From Bacteroidia bacterium (GTDB lineage: Bacteria; Bacteroidota; Bacteroidia; SpSt-205): 64,000 nt of DNA. The number at the start of each line of letters is the position of its first letter. Positions within the stretch are counted from its first letter, which is position 1. Below the pieces are notes generated by a model that saw only the letters and a list, made by a program, of their open reading frames with translations, was not told where the DNA came from and made no database searches. Shown in pieces: positions 12,294-21,300 of this stretch. A program made the translations under genes and the position numbers. The DNA lies in assembly GCA_025059535.1 (NCBI GenBank), contig JANXCX010000018.1:66014-130013 (forward strand), in the 5' to 3' direction.

Positions 12294-15150
12294 ATATGCC
12301 TAGAATAAATCCACTCAGAAGAAGCAAGGCAAACCCCTTGGTATTTTCCCCACCTACCAGCAGTAAAATAAGCACTACTAAGGCTGAAGTGAAAGTCGTC
12401 AGAATTGTGCGCGAAAGCACGAGATTGATACTGCGGCTATGGAGCTGTGCCGTACCCATAGTCAGGCTGAGGCGGGGCCGCTCCTCTCGTATGCGATCAA
12501 AAAGCACTACAGCATCATTGATGACATACCCAATCACCGTAAGCGCCGCAGCAATAGTATCCTGATTAGCTTCCAGCGAGAAGGGCAAGATGTCTAATCG
12601 GCTAAACAGGGCATAAAGTCCCAGAACTACTATTACCGTAGCCGTAAGGGAAAGGGCACTACCGATAGAGTAAGCTATGCTTCGGAAGCGCAGAAGGATG
12701 TAAAGCGCAATCCCCAGTATGCCAAAGATAACCGAGGTAATCGCACTGGAGCGGATATCCTCCGCTATGGTAGGGCCGACTAAAGCGGAGCGCAGGAGGG
12801 TAGGCTTAGCGTCCGCGTGATGCTTATTCAGGCCGCGGAAAAGGGCCGCTTCCACTTCCGCCTGCATGTTGGGCTGATCATAGAGGTAACTTGTACTAAT
12901 AAGCACATCGTTTTTGGCCCCGATAGTTTTGATTACGGGCACATTTCCGCCAAAAGCTTCCGTAAGGTCGCGGCGCAAGAGGTCCAAATTAGGTGGACGC
13001 GAAAGGCCTATTTGGAACTGATAGCCGCCGGTAAATTCCAGCCCTTGGCGGATACCTACGCCGAAAAGAAGCGCTAGCCCTACTACGCTCAGGCCCAGCA
13101 CCACCCAGCGGCTGACGGGATAATGGCGATCAAAGTGGATATCAGGCACCCGCCCAAAAAGTCGCTCCACTTTATCTGAACGAAAACGCAGGTAAGGGCT
13201 CCACCGCTTGGAATTGTAAAGTCCTTCTATGAAGAGGCGGGTGATGATTACGCCCGTCAGAAGGGTGCCTAAGACACCAATGATAAGGGTTACAGCAAAG
13301 CCGCGTATAGGCCCTATGCCAAAAATGTAGAGAATTATCCCTGCCAGCAAGGTAGTGAGGTTAGAGTCCACTATAGCGGAGAGCGCATTATTGAAGCCGT
13401 TTTCAATGGCGCCTTTGAGGGATTTACCGGCCCGTAGCTCTTCTAAGACGCGCTCATAGATAAGGATGTTGGCGTCCACGGCCATCCCCAGGGTCAGTAC
13501 GATTCCAGCTATACCGGGTAGGGTCAGCACGACGTTCATAGCCGCCATCACGCCAGCGATAAATAGAAGCAGAAGTAGCAAGGCGAGATCGGCTACAAGT
13601 CCAGCTGTGCTATAGAAAAGCCACATCACGAGGAGGATAGACAAAAAGGCCAAGCTAAGCGCAATAAGACCACGGCGGATGGTATCTTCCCCCAAGGAGG
13701 GCCCTACAATCTCCTCCGCCTCTATGCGAATGCTAGCGGGAAGGCGCCCAGCTTTCAGGACATTGGCTAAGTCTTTGGCCTCTTCTATGGTAAAGTTGCC
13801 TGTAATTTGAGAGTTTCCATGCGCTATGACGCTTTGGACGACGGGATAGGTATATACATAGCCGTCCAGAACAACGGCGATAGACTTACCTAAGTAATCC
13901 GTGGTGAGCTTTTTCCAGATGCGGGCGCCTTCGGCGTTCATGCGCATAGTTACCATGGGGCGGCCATCATCGGGATTGAAGTCCTGGCGCGCCTCCTCAA
14001 TTACCTCCCCTGTGAGGGGAGCTTGACGATTGGGCGTGAGGCGCAGAGCTACAAGCGTAAGAAGCTCGGAATTTTCCGCTTCAGGCTTTATAGTCCAAGC
14101 AAAGGCTAAATTTTCCGGAAAAAGGAGCTGAACCTCTGGATGGCGTAGATAGGCCATTACCTGGGCGGTATCGCTAGGCCGCGCATAGCCCACTACGGGT
14201 GAATTTTCGCCCCGATCTGCAGCAGGCAGAAGTACCGCAAAGAGGGGATTCTCTTCTTTTTCTTTGGGCGATTTCTTCTGGATAGGGCTGGACAAAGAAT
14301 CCGGCGCAGCACCCGTATCGCGGGGGGAAAGCTTGCCCTTCAAGAGGCTCTGGAGACTTTCGGAGACCTTTTGTTGAGCGGTGTCCTTAGCAGTGGTATC
14401 GGGGGCCTCGCCCCGCTTGAGCGCCGCTACCTTCTCAGCGGCTTTTTGAAGAAGGGGCCCAAATTCCTTCAACGTATAGGTAGGCCAAAATTCCAGTTGG
14501 GCGGTAGTGCGCAGAAGCCGTCGCACACGCATATTATCCTTTACCCCAGGCAGTTCCAAGAGGATTCGGCCCGTGCCGGCCTGCCGCTGAATATTCGGCG
14601 AGACCACCCCAAACTGATCTATCCGTACACGCAAAATTTTGTATGTGCGTTCTACGGCGTCCTCTACTTCTTGGCGCAGACGGGTTAGAATCTCTTTATC
14701 CGAAGCGTTATAGCTCACACCCAGCTTAGGTCCAGCGAAGAACTGGGCGAGGGTAGTGCCGGCCCCTTGCCGCCGATGCTCTTCGGCAAATAGCTCTACT
14801 AGATTCCCGCCTTCTTTCCTATAGCGTTGGACCGAAGCGGCCAAAATTTTCTGGAAGAGCGTATCGTCTGGCACTTCGCATAATCCACGCAGAATGTCTT
14901 CTACGCCCACTTCTAGGGTTACATACATCCCACCTTGAAGGTCTAGACCGAGGGTGAAGGCGTTTTCTACGGCACGGCGATAATGGGCATAATTAGCCGG
15001 GTCTTTCAGCCATTCGGCGCGGGCTTCAGCGGAGAGCTGAGCCAGGCGCGTCTCTATGCGAAAGCGCTCTACCACCCAGTAAAGGTTATAGAGCACAATC
15101 AGAAAAAATAGGCCGAGGAGGGTGAGGATAAAAGTGCGGTGTCGGAGCAT
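12196..15150 (-). CDS. secDF: Fused protein translocase subunit SecDF
   Basis: About 985-aa SecD-SecF fusion, as in Bacteroidota. Motifs LDLQGGMYVTLEV, GPSLGEDTIRRG, VDANILIYERV and INDAVVLFDRIRE. Start set at ATG 15150, downstream of the promoter box. Confidence 0.93.
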   Translation of the reverse strand: MLRHRTFILTLLGLFFLIVLYNLYWVVERFRIETRLAQLSAEARAEWLKDPANYAHYRRAVENAFTLGLDLQGGMYVTLEVGVEDILRGLCEVPDDTLFQKILAASVQRYRKEGGNLVELFAEEHRRQGAGTTLAQFFAGPKLGVSYNASDKEILTRLRQEVEDAVERTYKILRVRIDQFGVVSPNIQRQAGTGRILLELPGVKDNMRVRRLLRTTAQLEFWPTYTLKEFGPLLQKAAEKVAALKRGEAPDTTAKDTAQQKVSESLQSLLKGKLSPRDTGAAPDSLSSPIQKKSPKEKEENPLFAVLLPAADRGENSPVVGYARPSDTAQVMAYLRHPEVQLLFPENLAFAWTIKPEAENSELLTLVALRLTPNRQAPLTGEVIEEARQDFNPDDGRPMVTMRMNAEGARIWKKLTTDYLGKSIAVVLDGYVYTYPVVQSVIAHGNSQITGNFTIEEAKDLANVLKAGRLPASIRIEAEEIVGPSLGEDTIRRGLIALSLAFLSILLVMWLFYSTAGLVADLALLLLLLFIAGVMAAMNVVLTLPGIAGIVLTLGMAVDANILIYERVLEELRAGKSLKGAIENGFNNALSAIVDSNLTTLLAGIILYIFGIGPIRGFAVTLIIGVLGTLLTGVIITRLFIEGLYNSKRWSPYLRFRSDKVERLFGRVPDIHFDRHYPVSRWVVLGLSVVGLALLFGVGIRQGLEFTGGYQFQIGLSRPPNLDLLRRDLTEAFGGNVPVIKTIGAKNDVLISTSYLYDQPNMQAEVEAALFRGLNKHHADAKPTLLRSALVGPTIAEDIRSSAITSVIFGILGIALYILLRFRSIAYSIGSALSLTATVIVVLGLYALFSRLDILPFSLEANQDTIAAALTVIGYVINDAVVLFDRIREERPRLSLTMGTAQLHSRSINLVLSRTILTTFTSALVVLILLLVGGENTKGFALLLLSGFILGIFATIYVASDVSALLWDRLARRAKVVAPPTSRR

Positions 15151-15158
15151 GGAGGCCA

Positions 15159-15166
15159 CAAAGTTA
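15159..15166 (-). promoter_or_regulatory. -7 promoter box TAACTTTG
   Basis: Exact TAnnTTTG on the minus strand, 8 nt upstream of secDF ATG 15150. The track start GTG 15159 is the last base triplet region of the box. Confidence 0.5.
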
Positions 15167-15295
15167 GCGCTTTTTTAGGCTAAACGGGAAGGTAGGGGCG
15201 AGCCTAAGATCTAAATGGAGCCAATTGAGGAAAGGGAGGGAGGACTTCAGGCGGTTTTGAGTGGCTTGGCGGGCCAGAAAAGGCCCTTCCCCGGC

Positions 15296-16819
15296 TTAGG
15301 GGGAAATTATGCGAAATTCTACTCGCCGATTGAGCGTGCGGCCTTCGGCGAGGCGATTATCGGCGATGGGCTCCAGAGGGCCTTTCCCCAGTACAATTAG
15401 GCGTTCGCTGGCAATACCTCGGCCAGTCAAGTAGCGCGCTACGGCCCGAGCGCGGCGACGCGAAAGCTCTAAATTCTTCTCCAGCGCGCCCACATTATCC
15501 GTATGGCCGATAATCTCAATCCGCATCGTTGGGCGATCGCTGAGCAGCCAAGCCAGCCGCTCAAGCTCCACATAGCTTTCAGGGGAAAGGGTACTATCCC
15601 CCGTAGCAAAAAACAGTCCGTTCAGCCGAATAACCTCACCCACTTGAATTGGTGCTACCAGAATGTCTTTCTCTAGGGGGGACTTAGAGGCACCTTGGCG
15701 AAGATCAATCTGCTCGCTGATGCTGAAATACCCTGGACTGAGCACTACAATTCCATAAAGCCCTCCAAGAGGCAGGAGCATTTGGTACTCGCCCGTGGAG
15801 TCCGCCGAAAGCGCTGTGCCTTCTAAGCGTCGCTCCTCAAGGTTATAGTAGCGCACCTCGGCATTAGGAATAGGGCGCTTGAGGCTGCGTTCCAGTACTT
15901 TGCCGCGCACAAGGACTACGGGACGCGGCTGATAGGCGGGCGGCAGAGGCACCCGATAAATCTGGCGCCCCCACAATTCCGCCGAATCATTAGATACCAA
16001 ATAGGCCACCTCGGGGCGCAAAGGCGCAAACTTAAAGTAGTAGTCATCCGCCTCAGAGTTAATCGGCGGGGGGAGACGCTGAGGCGGGCTCCACTGCTGC
16101 CAGCTGTCATCCAATCGCCGACTCATGTAAATGTCCAGGCCCTTAGAATCGGGCCGCCCGTTGCTGGAAAAGTAAAGCGTAACCCCATCCGAGGCTAAAA
16201 AGGGGGTAATTTCATCCTTAGGGGTATTCAGGATAGGACCTAGGTGTTTGGGTTCGCTCCAGAGGCGCTGATCCGGGTCGTAGAAACTGACGTAGAGGTC
16301 TTCCCCGCCTAAGCTTTCCTTGCCCCGCATGGAAAGGAGGAGGGTGCGCCCATCCCACCCTAAAGCGGCCGTTAGCGAAGAGCCACTTTCGCTGTAGAAA
16401 TTTTGAATGCGTAACTGAACTGGGGCAGACCAAAGATCGCCTAAAACCCGCCGGGAGAACCCCAACTCACAGGGATTGCGTGGATTGCGAAATTCTTTAT
16501 AGACTAGTAAAAACTGCCCATCGGGGCTAATTCCAAATGGAATGTTACCGCGGGCATCATTTATGGCACCACCTAAGTGCCGGGCCGCTCCTAAATCACC
16601 CAAAGAGTCTTCCCACTGAGCCTCAAAAATATCTTGGGCGCCGAGGCCCACAGGGTCGTCAAGCCGCCAAAAGAAAAGCAGGCGCCCGTCACTGGAAAGT
16701 ACAGGGGCACTCTCATGAAGAGGGGTGTTGATATAACTGGGCAAAGGTACCCGCTGCCCCCAACCTACACTAAAAAGGAGGAGCGCAAGGCAGCGCATGA
16801 CGGGGTGCAAAGGTAGCAC
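15296..16819 (-). CDS. OmpA-family protein with TolB-like beta-propeller repeats and a carboxypeptidase-regulatory-like domain
   Basis: C-terminal OmpA/MotB domain (FFATGDSTL...GHTDNVG...NLELSRRRA...NRRVEF). Upstream WD40-like/TolB repeats (DGR.L.F). The likely real start is M8 (MRCLALLLFSVGWG|Q) at 16798. Confidence 0.8.
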   Translation of the reverse strand: MLPLHPVMRCLALLLFSVGWGQRVPLPSYINTPLHESAPVLSSDGRLLFFWRLDDPVGLGAQDIFEAQWEDSLGDLGAARHLGGAINDARGNIPFGISPDGQFLLVYKEFRNPRNPCELGFSRRVLGDLWSAPVQLRIQNFYSESGSSLTAALGWDGRTLLLSMRGKESLGGEDLYVSFYDPDQRLWSEPKHLGPILNTPKDEITPFLASDGVTLYFSSNGRPDSKGLDIYMSRRLDDSWQQWSPPQRLPPPINSEADDYYFKFAPLRPEVAYLVSNDSAELWGRQIYRVPLPPAYQPRPVVLVRGKVLERSLKRPIPNAEVRYYNLEERRLEGTALSADSTGEYQMLLPLGGLYGIVVLSPGYFSISEQIDLRQGASKSPLEKDILVAPIQVGEVIRLNGLFFATGDSTLSPESYVELERLAWLLSDRPTMRIEIIGHTDNVGALEKNLELSRRRARAVARYLTGRGIASERLIVLGKGPLEPIADNRLAEGRTLNRRVEFRIISP

Positions 16820-16822
16820 CGC

Positions 16823-18031
16823 TTATTCAACTTGACTCAAAATACGCACTATGCGTCTATAGGGATAGGCCAAAGCCGCAAGCCCTACGGCTAGACCAAG
16901 GGCGCCAGCTCCCACATACCCGTAAGCCCGCCAATCCCAATACACCGGCAAAGTAGAAAGAAGATAGTTCTCTGGGTCTAAACGCACCCACTCCCACACC
17001 TGCTGGCTGAGTAGAAAAAGGGATACAAGGCCGGCGCCTAGGCCGACTCCTATGGCTACGGAGAAGAGGGCTTGATAGAGGGCAAGGCTCCACAGCTGCC
17101 AAGACCGAGCCCCCAACGCCGCACACACCTCGTAGCGAAGCCGCTGAGCCATCTGAAGGACTAGAAAGGCTGCCGCCACCGTAAAAAAGCTCACTACACC
17201 CACCAGAAGGAGAATGAGCTGAACGTTCTGCCGAATAAGCCCAAGCCAATCAAAAATATCGGGAAATATGGCCGTAAGCGGTGTAATCTCATATGTTATG
17301 GGTATTCTCTGGCTGAGAGCTTCGGCAAGCTGATTAAGGTCTTGGCTGGAGTCCACAAAAAGATGCCCTATTTGAATATGAGTAGAGTCCCATCCCAATA
17401 GGCGCTGGCCTAGCTCTAAGGGCACAAAGGCTACTTGTCGGTCTATTTCATCCAGGCGGGCTTCGTATAGTCCTACTACAGTTAGGCGCCGCAAACGGGG
17501 CGGGTCGGCCAGCCACACTACCGTCGCTTTATCACCTATTTGGAGGGCGAGGCGCTGGCTTAGCTTCCGTGAGATGACGATTTTACCCTCGCCTAGCCAC
17601 GCCTGGGGAAGGGGTCTAACCCACTCGGCCCATCGCCCTTGCCACCAGCTGGAGGCTACCGAAATAAGTTGCACACCTTCGTAGCGTTCGCCTTTCCCTT
17701 GGAGTAGTACGGGTAGGTGAATAGCCGGCTCGGCGCGCACAAGAGTCCCCGCCAAGGCTTGTACATAGCGCTTTTCTATAGGTAAAGGCCGACTTTCTTG
17801 CTCTTCCCCATAGGCCCGCACCCAAAGGGCGCCAACCGCACCGTACAGATAGCCTACAATAGCCCGTTGAAACGAATGGAAAAGCACAAGGATAAGTAGA
17901 GCTGAACCGCTACCTAAGGCAATACTACCGATATGGAGGAAGAAAATGAGCCGCTGCCGACGCAGACCTTGCCCTAGCAGCAGGCGCCAACCTAAGCGCC
18001 CGATTTGGAGAGCGGATAAAGCCGACGCCAC
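16823..18031 (-). CDS. ABC transporter permease, FtsX/MacB/LolE-like
   Basis: N-terminal TM, large periplasmic MacB-like domain and a C-terminal FtsX 3-TM bundle. No ATPase partner is adjacent. Confidence 0.75.
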   Translation of the reverse strand: MASALSALQIGRLGWRLLLGQGLRRQRLIFFLHIGSIALGSGSALLILVLFHSFQRAIVGYLYGAVGALWVRAYGEEQESRPLPIEKRYVQALAGTLVRAEPAIHLPVLLQGKGERYEGVQLISVASSWWQGRWAEWVRPLPQAWLGEGKIVISRKLSQRLALQIGDKATVVWLADPPRLRRLTVVGLYEARLDEIDRQVAFVPLELGQRLLGWDSTHIQIGHLFVDSSQDLNQLAEALSQRIPITYEITPLTAIFPDIFDWLGLIRQNVQLILLLVGVVSFFTVAAAFLVLQMAQRLRYEVCAALGARSWQLWSLALYQALFSVAIGVGLGAGLVSLFLLSQQVWEWVRLDPENYLLSTLPVYWDWRAYGYVGAGALGLAVGLAALAYPYRRIVRILSQVE

Positions 18032-18193
18032 TGGGAAAAGTAGAAAGCCCAGCGCTGGGCGTACGCCACAGCTCCTAGCGTCGCGAAAGCCTCAGCCTGG
18101 TAGGCCTGCGCTTCTGGCGTGAGAGAAGCCCACCACCGCTCCGCCTCTATCCCCTTCTGCCGTAAAAACTCAGCCAGTTCTGCCGGCACCCCA

Positions 18194-18279
18194 TGCCGAG
18201 GACGGGACTCGAACCCGTACCGCCCTTGCGGGCGACAGGATTTTAAGTCCTGCGTGTCTACCAATTCCACCACCTCGGC
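18194..18279 (-). tRNA. tRNA-Leu (anticodon UAA)
   Basis: Reverse complement is GCCGAGGTGGTGGAATTGGTAGACACGCAGGACTTAAAATCCTGTCGCCCGCAAGGGCGGTACGGGTTCGAGTCCCGTCCTCGGCA. Folds as a cloverleaf with a long variable arm, anticodon loop CTTAAAA and discriminator A73. CCA is not encoded. Confidence 0.92.
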
Positions 18280-18280
18280 G

Positions 18281-18353
18281 AGCGGCAGACGGGACTCGAA
18301 CCCGCGACCTCAACCTTGGCAAGGTTGCGCTCTACCAGCTGAGCTACTGCCGC
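18281..18353 (-). tRNA. tRNA-Gly (anticodon GCC)
   Basis: Reverse complement is GCGGCAGTAGCTCAGCTGGTAGAGCGCAACCTTGCCAAGGTTGAGGTCGCGGGTTCGAGTCCCGTCTGCCGCT. Acceptor stem GCGGCAG/CTGCCGC, anticodon loop TTGCCAA, discriminator U73. Only 1 nt separates it from tRNA-Leu. Confidence 0.92.
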
Positions 18354-18360
18354 AGCCCTA

Positions 18361-18368
18361 CAAAGGTA
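18361..18368 (-). promoter_or_regulatory. -7 promoter box TACCTTTG for the tRNA-Gly/tRNA-Leu unit
   Basis: Exact TAnnTTTG, 7 nt upstream of the mature 5' end of tRNA-Gly. Confidence 0.55.
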
Positions 18369-18379
18369 AGAATTTTCCC

Positions 18380-21300
18380 TCATCGCATAAGTACCATCTT
18401 CCCCCAACCCCCTCGGAAGTAACGGCCCATCCCTTCTTCCCGCTGCTCTATCGCATGGCCCTCAGGCATGCGCAGTACCACCCGATAGAGATATACCCCA
18501 TTAGCCAGCCGGTCCCCATATTCGTCGGTGCCATCCCAGGCATAATTCGTCAAGTGCCGCCCGATCCGCACCTCGCCCAGCGCCTTAAGATCTATCACCT
18601 TCACCAGTCTGCCTGACACCGTGTAGATGTGTATCTGAAAGACTTCAGGCAGTACCGCCCCAGTCAGCTCATAGTAAAAGCGGGTAGAGGTAGAAAAAGG
18701 GTTAGGATAATTCACCACATGCGTGACAGTGCTCTGATTTATTACGCGGAAACGCACCTCATAAGGCAGGAAGCCTGAGCGATTGCGCTTTTTGTCAAAA
18801 GCCTCTACACTTAGAATGTAATCGCCATCCTCAAGGTGGCCAGGGCGAAATTCCACGCCGGCGCGGTTTTCCGCCGGGGTAGCCGGTAGGAAACGGAGCT
18901 TACCCGAAGCGTAGTTGATACGCTCCCCTAGCCCGCGCGCTTCGGCCCGACGCAGCCGAACCACCGCTACCGAGGTATCATCCAGCAGAAGATAGCGATT
19001 TTCGTCCTTGATGTCTATAGTTATGGTCGGCTCGGGCGAAACGATATCGCCATTTTGAATGCGAATCCCATCAAATAGAACATCCACTATGGGGTTAATC
19101 CTATCTACACGCACAAAGAAGCCGACTTCCCAGCGGTTATTGGCGAAGGTGCGCTCATTGAAAAGGGGGCGTGGATTTAGAATAAGGCGTAGCCGGTGAA
19201 GCCCGCCTAAGCCGACCGTACTGAAGCGCCAGCGCACGATCATACTGTCCAGCGCCTGCAAAGGCGCATAGCGCTGCCATCCGATCGTATCCCACCCGCC
19301 AGCCCGCTGCAGTAGGAAGACCACTTCTACGCTATCTGGCGTATCGGCCGAAAGCAAATTCCGCACGCCTAACTCTAATTCGGCCCATTCCCCCTCTTCT
19401 AGCGTATCCCGTACGAAGCGCCAGCGCAAACCAGGGTCTACGGCTATATCGGGAAAGGGCCGGAAGAATACATACCAGTAGGCCAGCTGAGGGGCTGTAG
19501 CGTGCTGCGGGTCGCTAAAACGGGCTTCCAGCCGAAGCTCCGTATGAGAGGCGTTGTAGGGCCTCAGATCGCATGCCTGCTGGGCGGCGACTTGCCGGCA
19601 AAGGGTATCCCAGCCCCCTTCTGGGCGAAGCCCATATACATTCATGGTGATTTGGTCGGAGGGGTCCTGGGGCTGATAGGCAAAAAAGGCCTCTTCCCAC
19701 GCTACAGGCCGCCCAATGCGCGGCGAAACCATCCATCCCAAAGGATAGTTAGCCTCAAAGAAACGCTCCGCTGCACAGGAAGCGGTTTCGTCACAGAAGA
19801 CTTCTACGGCCGTGCCCACTGGGGCGCCCTTGACGCCTATTAGGATGGCCTTTTGGGTGGGAGTAAGGGCTAAAACGGCTGAGGTAGCGCCGATCTGCGG
19901 CAGAACTTGCGCTAGGCGTGCCGGCCAGTGCTGGCTCTGATGTCCCGTGGTAAAGAGGAGTACCACCGGCGCCCCGACTGGCGCGCGCGCCACTACCACG
20001 CGTAGGGACTCGGCCATAGCCTCTGCGTCCATCTCTACCCAATACGAGGTCCCACCCTCTACAATCACCATATGACAGGGCCCGCCCGAGCAGAAATAAC
20101 GCCACCCACCGAGCCCTCGGATACTTTCAAGCGGCTCAAAGGTTTGTGGGTCAAACACCCCGACGAATATGCCGGGCGGACGGGCGCCCCACCACCACCC
20201 TGCCCGCGAGGTATAGCTTCCCTGCCCAGAGAGCACCTCGTCATCCCGCTCCAAAAAGCGGCGTATGGTGTAGGGGCCATAAGACTCTACCGCCCGAATA
20301 CGCACCTGCCGCTGGGCAAATTCCCACCGAAAGCCCGGTGCACTGTAGCGCAGGCCACGCAGCTCATTCTCCAAAAACTGCGCCCGCCCGCTTTGCCCCC
20401 ACCCCTCCTTATCCCCTGCAATGTACTGAAACGAAGCTTCTGCCCACTCTTGCTGCCCCGACCCTTCCAAACGAACCCGCCAGTAATACACCACGCTATC
20501 CTCCAGCTCAAAGGGGAGTTCCCATCGCCCCAGGGCCGTGCTCCCTTGAATCCGCCCGCTGCGCCGCAGCCCAGGCGAATCAAAGCGATAACTCGTATCT
20601 ATCTCAAAATAATAGCCCTGTGGCGCATAGATACTTTGATTATATGTAGCGGCTACCAAAGCGATACGAGATTTACTTATAACGGCGTAAGGCCAAGGAT
20701 AGATGGGGATAGGCCGCGCCGAGCGCACAAAAAACTCCACCCGGGCGCGGTTATTATCTTCCCTCGCTTCGTTAGAGATGTCATTTTGCGCATCTACATA
20801 TACCTCTATTTCATTTATACCGGCCCATTCTCCGACGGGTGAAGGGAGAACGACCTCTAGGCTATCTACGCGAGCAAAAGCCGGCCGCCTATACCGATAG
20901 GTAAAAGTCTGAGAAGTACTACTGACACGATGCACAATCTCTACCCAGAAGCTGTCGTGAAAAGCAATCCCGAGGTTTGAGTAGCGCAGGCGCAGCGAAA
21001 AGGAAGGGCTCTCGGCAGAAGGTTCTAAGGGGATGACCTGAATGTCCCCACTACGGATTGCTAAGTCAGGTAGGCGTGGTCCGGCAAGGCGCACGCACGG
21101 ATCTCCGAGAAGGGGCTGCCCAGCGAGGTGGTAGTAGTCAAAAGCCGCTGTCCCCTGCCCAAAAAGCCGCCGAAATACCGCCACGAGAGCATCTCCCATA
21201 GTAATGCCCAGCGAATCCCGAAAAAGTACGGCATATAGTTCTACCGTCTGACGGCCGAGTGGGCCTACGAAACCAGACCCAGAACCCGATAAATACCATA

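Noticed and set aside
18119-18616. 165-aa plus-strand ORF, and the tRNA-covering part of minus-strand ORF 17992..18273
   Set aside because: Both run straight through two well-folded tRNA genes and the end of the C25 gene. They are artefacts of open frames over structured RNA.
19502-20842. Plus-strand ORFs of 113, 256 and 167 aa inside the C25 peptidase gene
   Set aside because: They are antisense to a long, motif-supported CDS. Their Pro/Arg/Ala-rich low-complexity translations are typical of antisense frames in GC-rich DNA.
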